Positions 63,307 to 64,000 of a DNA stretch of 64,000 nt are shown here, piece after piece. A program made the position numbers and the translations under genes. Each line of letters starts with the position of its first letter. Position 1 is the stretch's first letter. The notes under the pieces are model-generated. The model made no database searches and was not told the DNA's origin. It worked only from the letters and a program-made list of their open reading frames with translations. Source of the stretch: Chiloscyllium plagiosum (lineage: Eukaryota); NCBI RefSeq assembly GCF_004010195.1, contig NC_057758.1:8840014-8904013 (forward strand), in the 5' to 3' direction.

Positions 63307-64000
63307 TAAGCAGCCTGTTCACTGCTTCCTGCATTGTTGTGAATAAAACTCATTGCATTCATAAACACTTCTGAACTGCGTTCGTTTCTCATTGGAGAGT
63401 GTAATAGAAACACACAGAAATATCAGATGCTCTAAAATCTACGGTATTCGGATTAATAGAGGATGTCCTTCTGGTCCTGCATTCTCAGCAACAGGAAAAA
63501 TTACCTCTCCATATTTACACTGTCAAGTCCTCTAAGAATGTTCTATGCACCATTAATGCCTCATTGCGTTCTTCGGAGCTTCAATGAGTACCGGATCAAC
63601 ACTTTTTAAAACTCTCCTTATAAGACAGTAATTCTATACCCGGGATCAAACCCGTCCCCTTCATACTGTCAACAGCAAGCTTTATCTTCAAAGATTGCAT
63701 AACGTTCAATGCCATTTGCAACTCTTCAGTTGCTGAGGCAGGCCATTTTCAAATGAAAAATTTCTGAACAATATCCAAACTTGTATTGTCAAGTGGCAAT
63801 TAACATGCACACAACGCAAAAGGTTGGCTAATGCGATCGCCAACAGTAGATATCTAACCACAGCCTCTAGAAATTAAAATGTAAAACAATCACAGAGTCA
63901 CTCACCGTTAAAGTCCTTGGGATTACCAATGACCTGCAAATGAGGTGGACTTGCCACATAAGGACAGTGTCAAATGGAGGCGAGGAACAGTGTAACAAGC

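Larger units (their letters stand above)
53562..64000 (+). repeat. Copy 2 of direct segmental duplication (runs off window end)
   Basis: Paired ORFs 41950/56740, 42326/57116, 46224/59816. Confidence 0.96.

Overview
Eukaryotic, repeat-saturated vertebrate DNA, most likely a cartilaginous fish (shark). That call is inferred from HE1/V-SINE-type tRNA SINEs, CR1 LINEs and shark-type GPR139-like receptor relics. No intact protein-coding gene is supported. The window is built from two large duplications. The first is an inverted duplication: 1-18078 mirrors 20566-36678 across a 500-N gap. The second is a direct duplication: 38721-47853 recurs at 53562-64000. Each duplicated unit carries a decayed GPR139-like GPCR exon (4 copies, 2 lineages). 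Mobile content comprises decayed Gypsy LTR retrotransposons with Gmr1-type integrase-before-RT order, CR1 LINEs, SINEs and two clades of Penelope-like elements (PLEs). The most interesting signal is a set of short, often fold-back, non-coding PLE-derived insertions from three sequence families. They carry minimal hammerhead-ribozyme motifs (CTGANGA...GAAA with a palindromic stem III), and several can be dated against the empty paralogous site. All coordinates and divergences were read by eye, so boundaries of old repeats are approximate.
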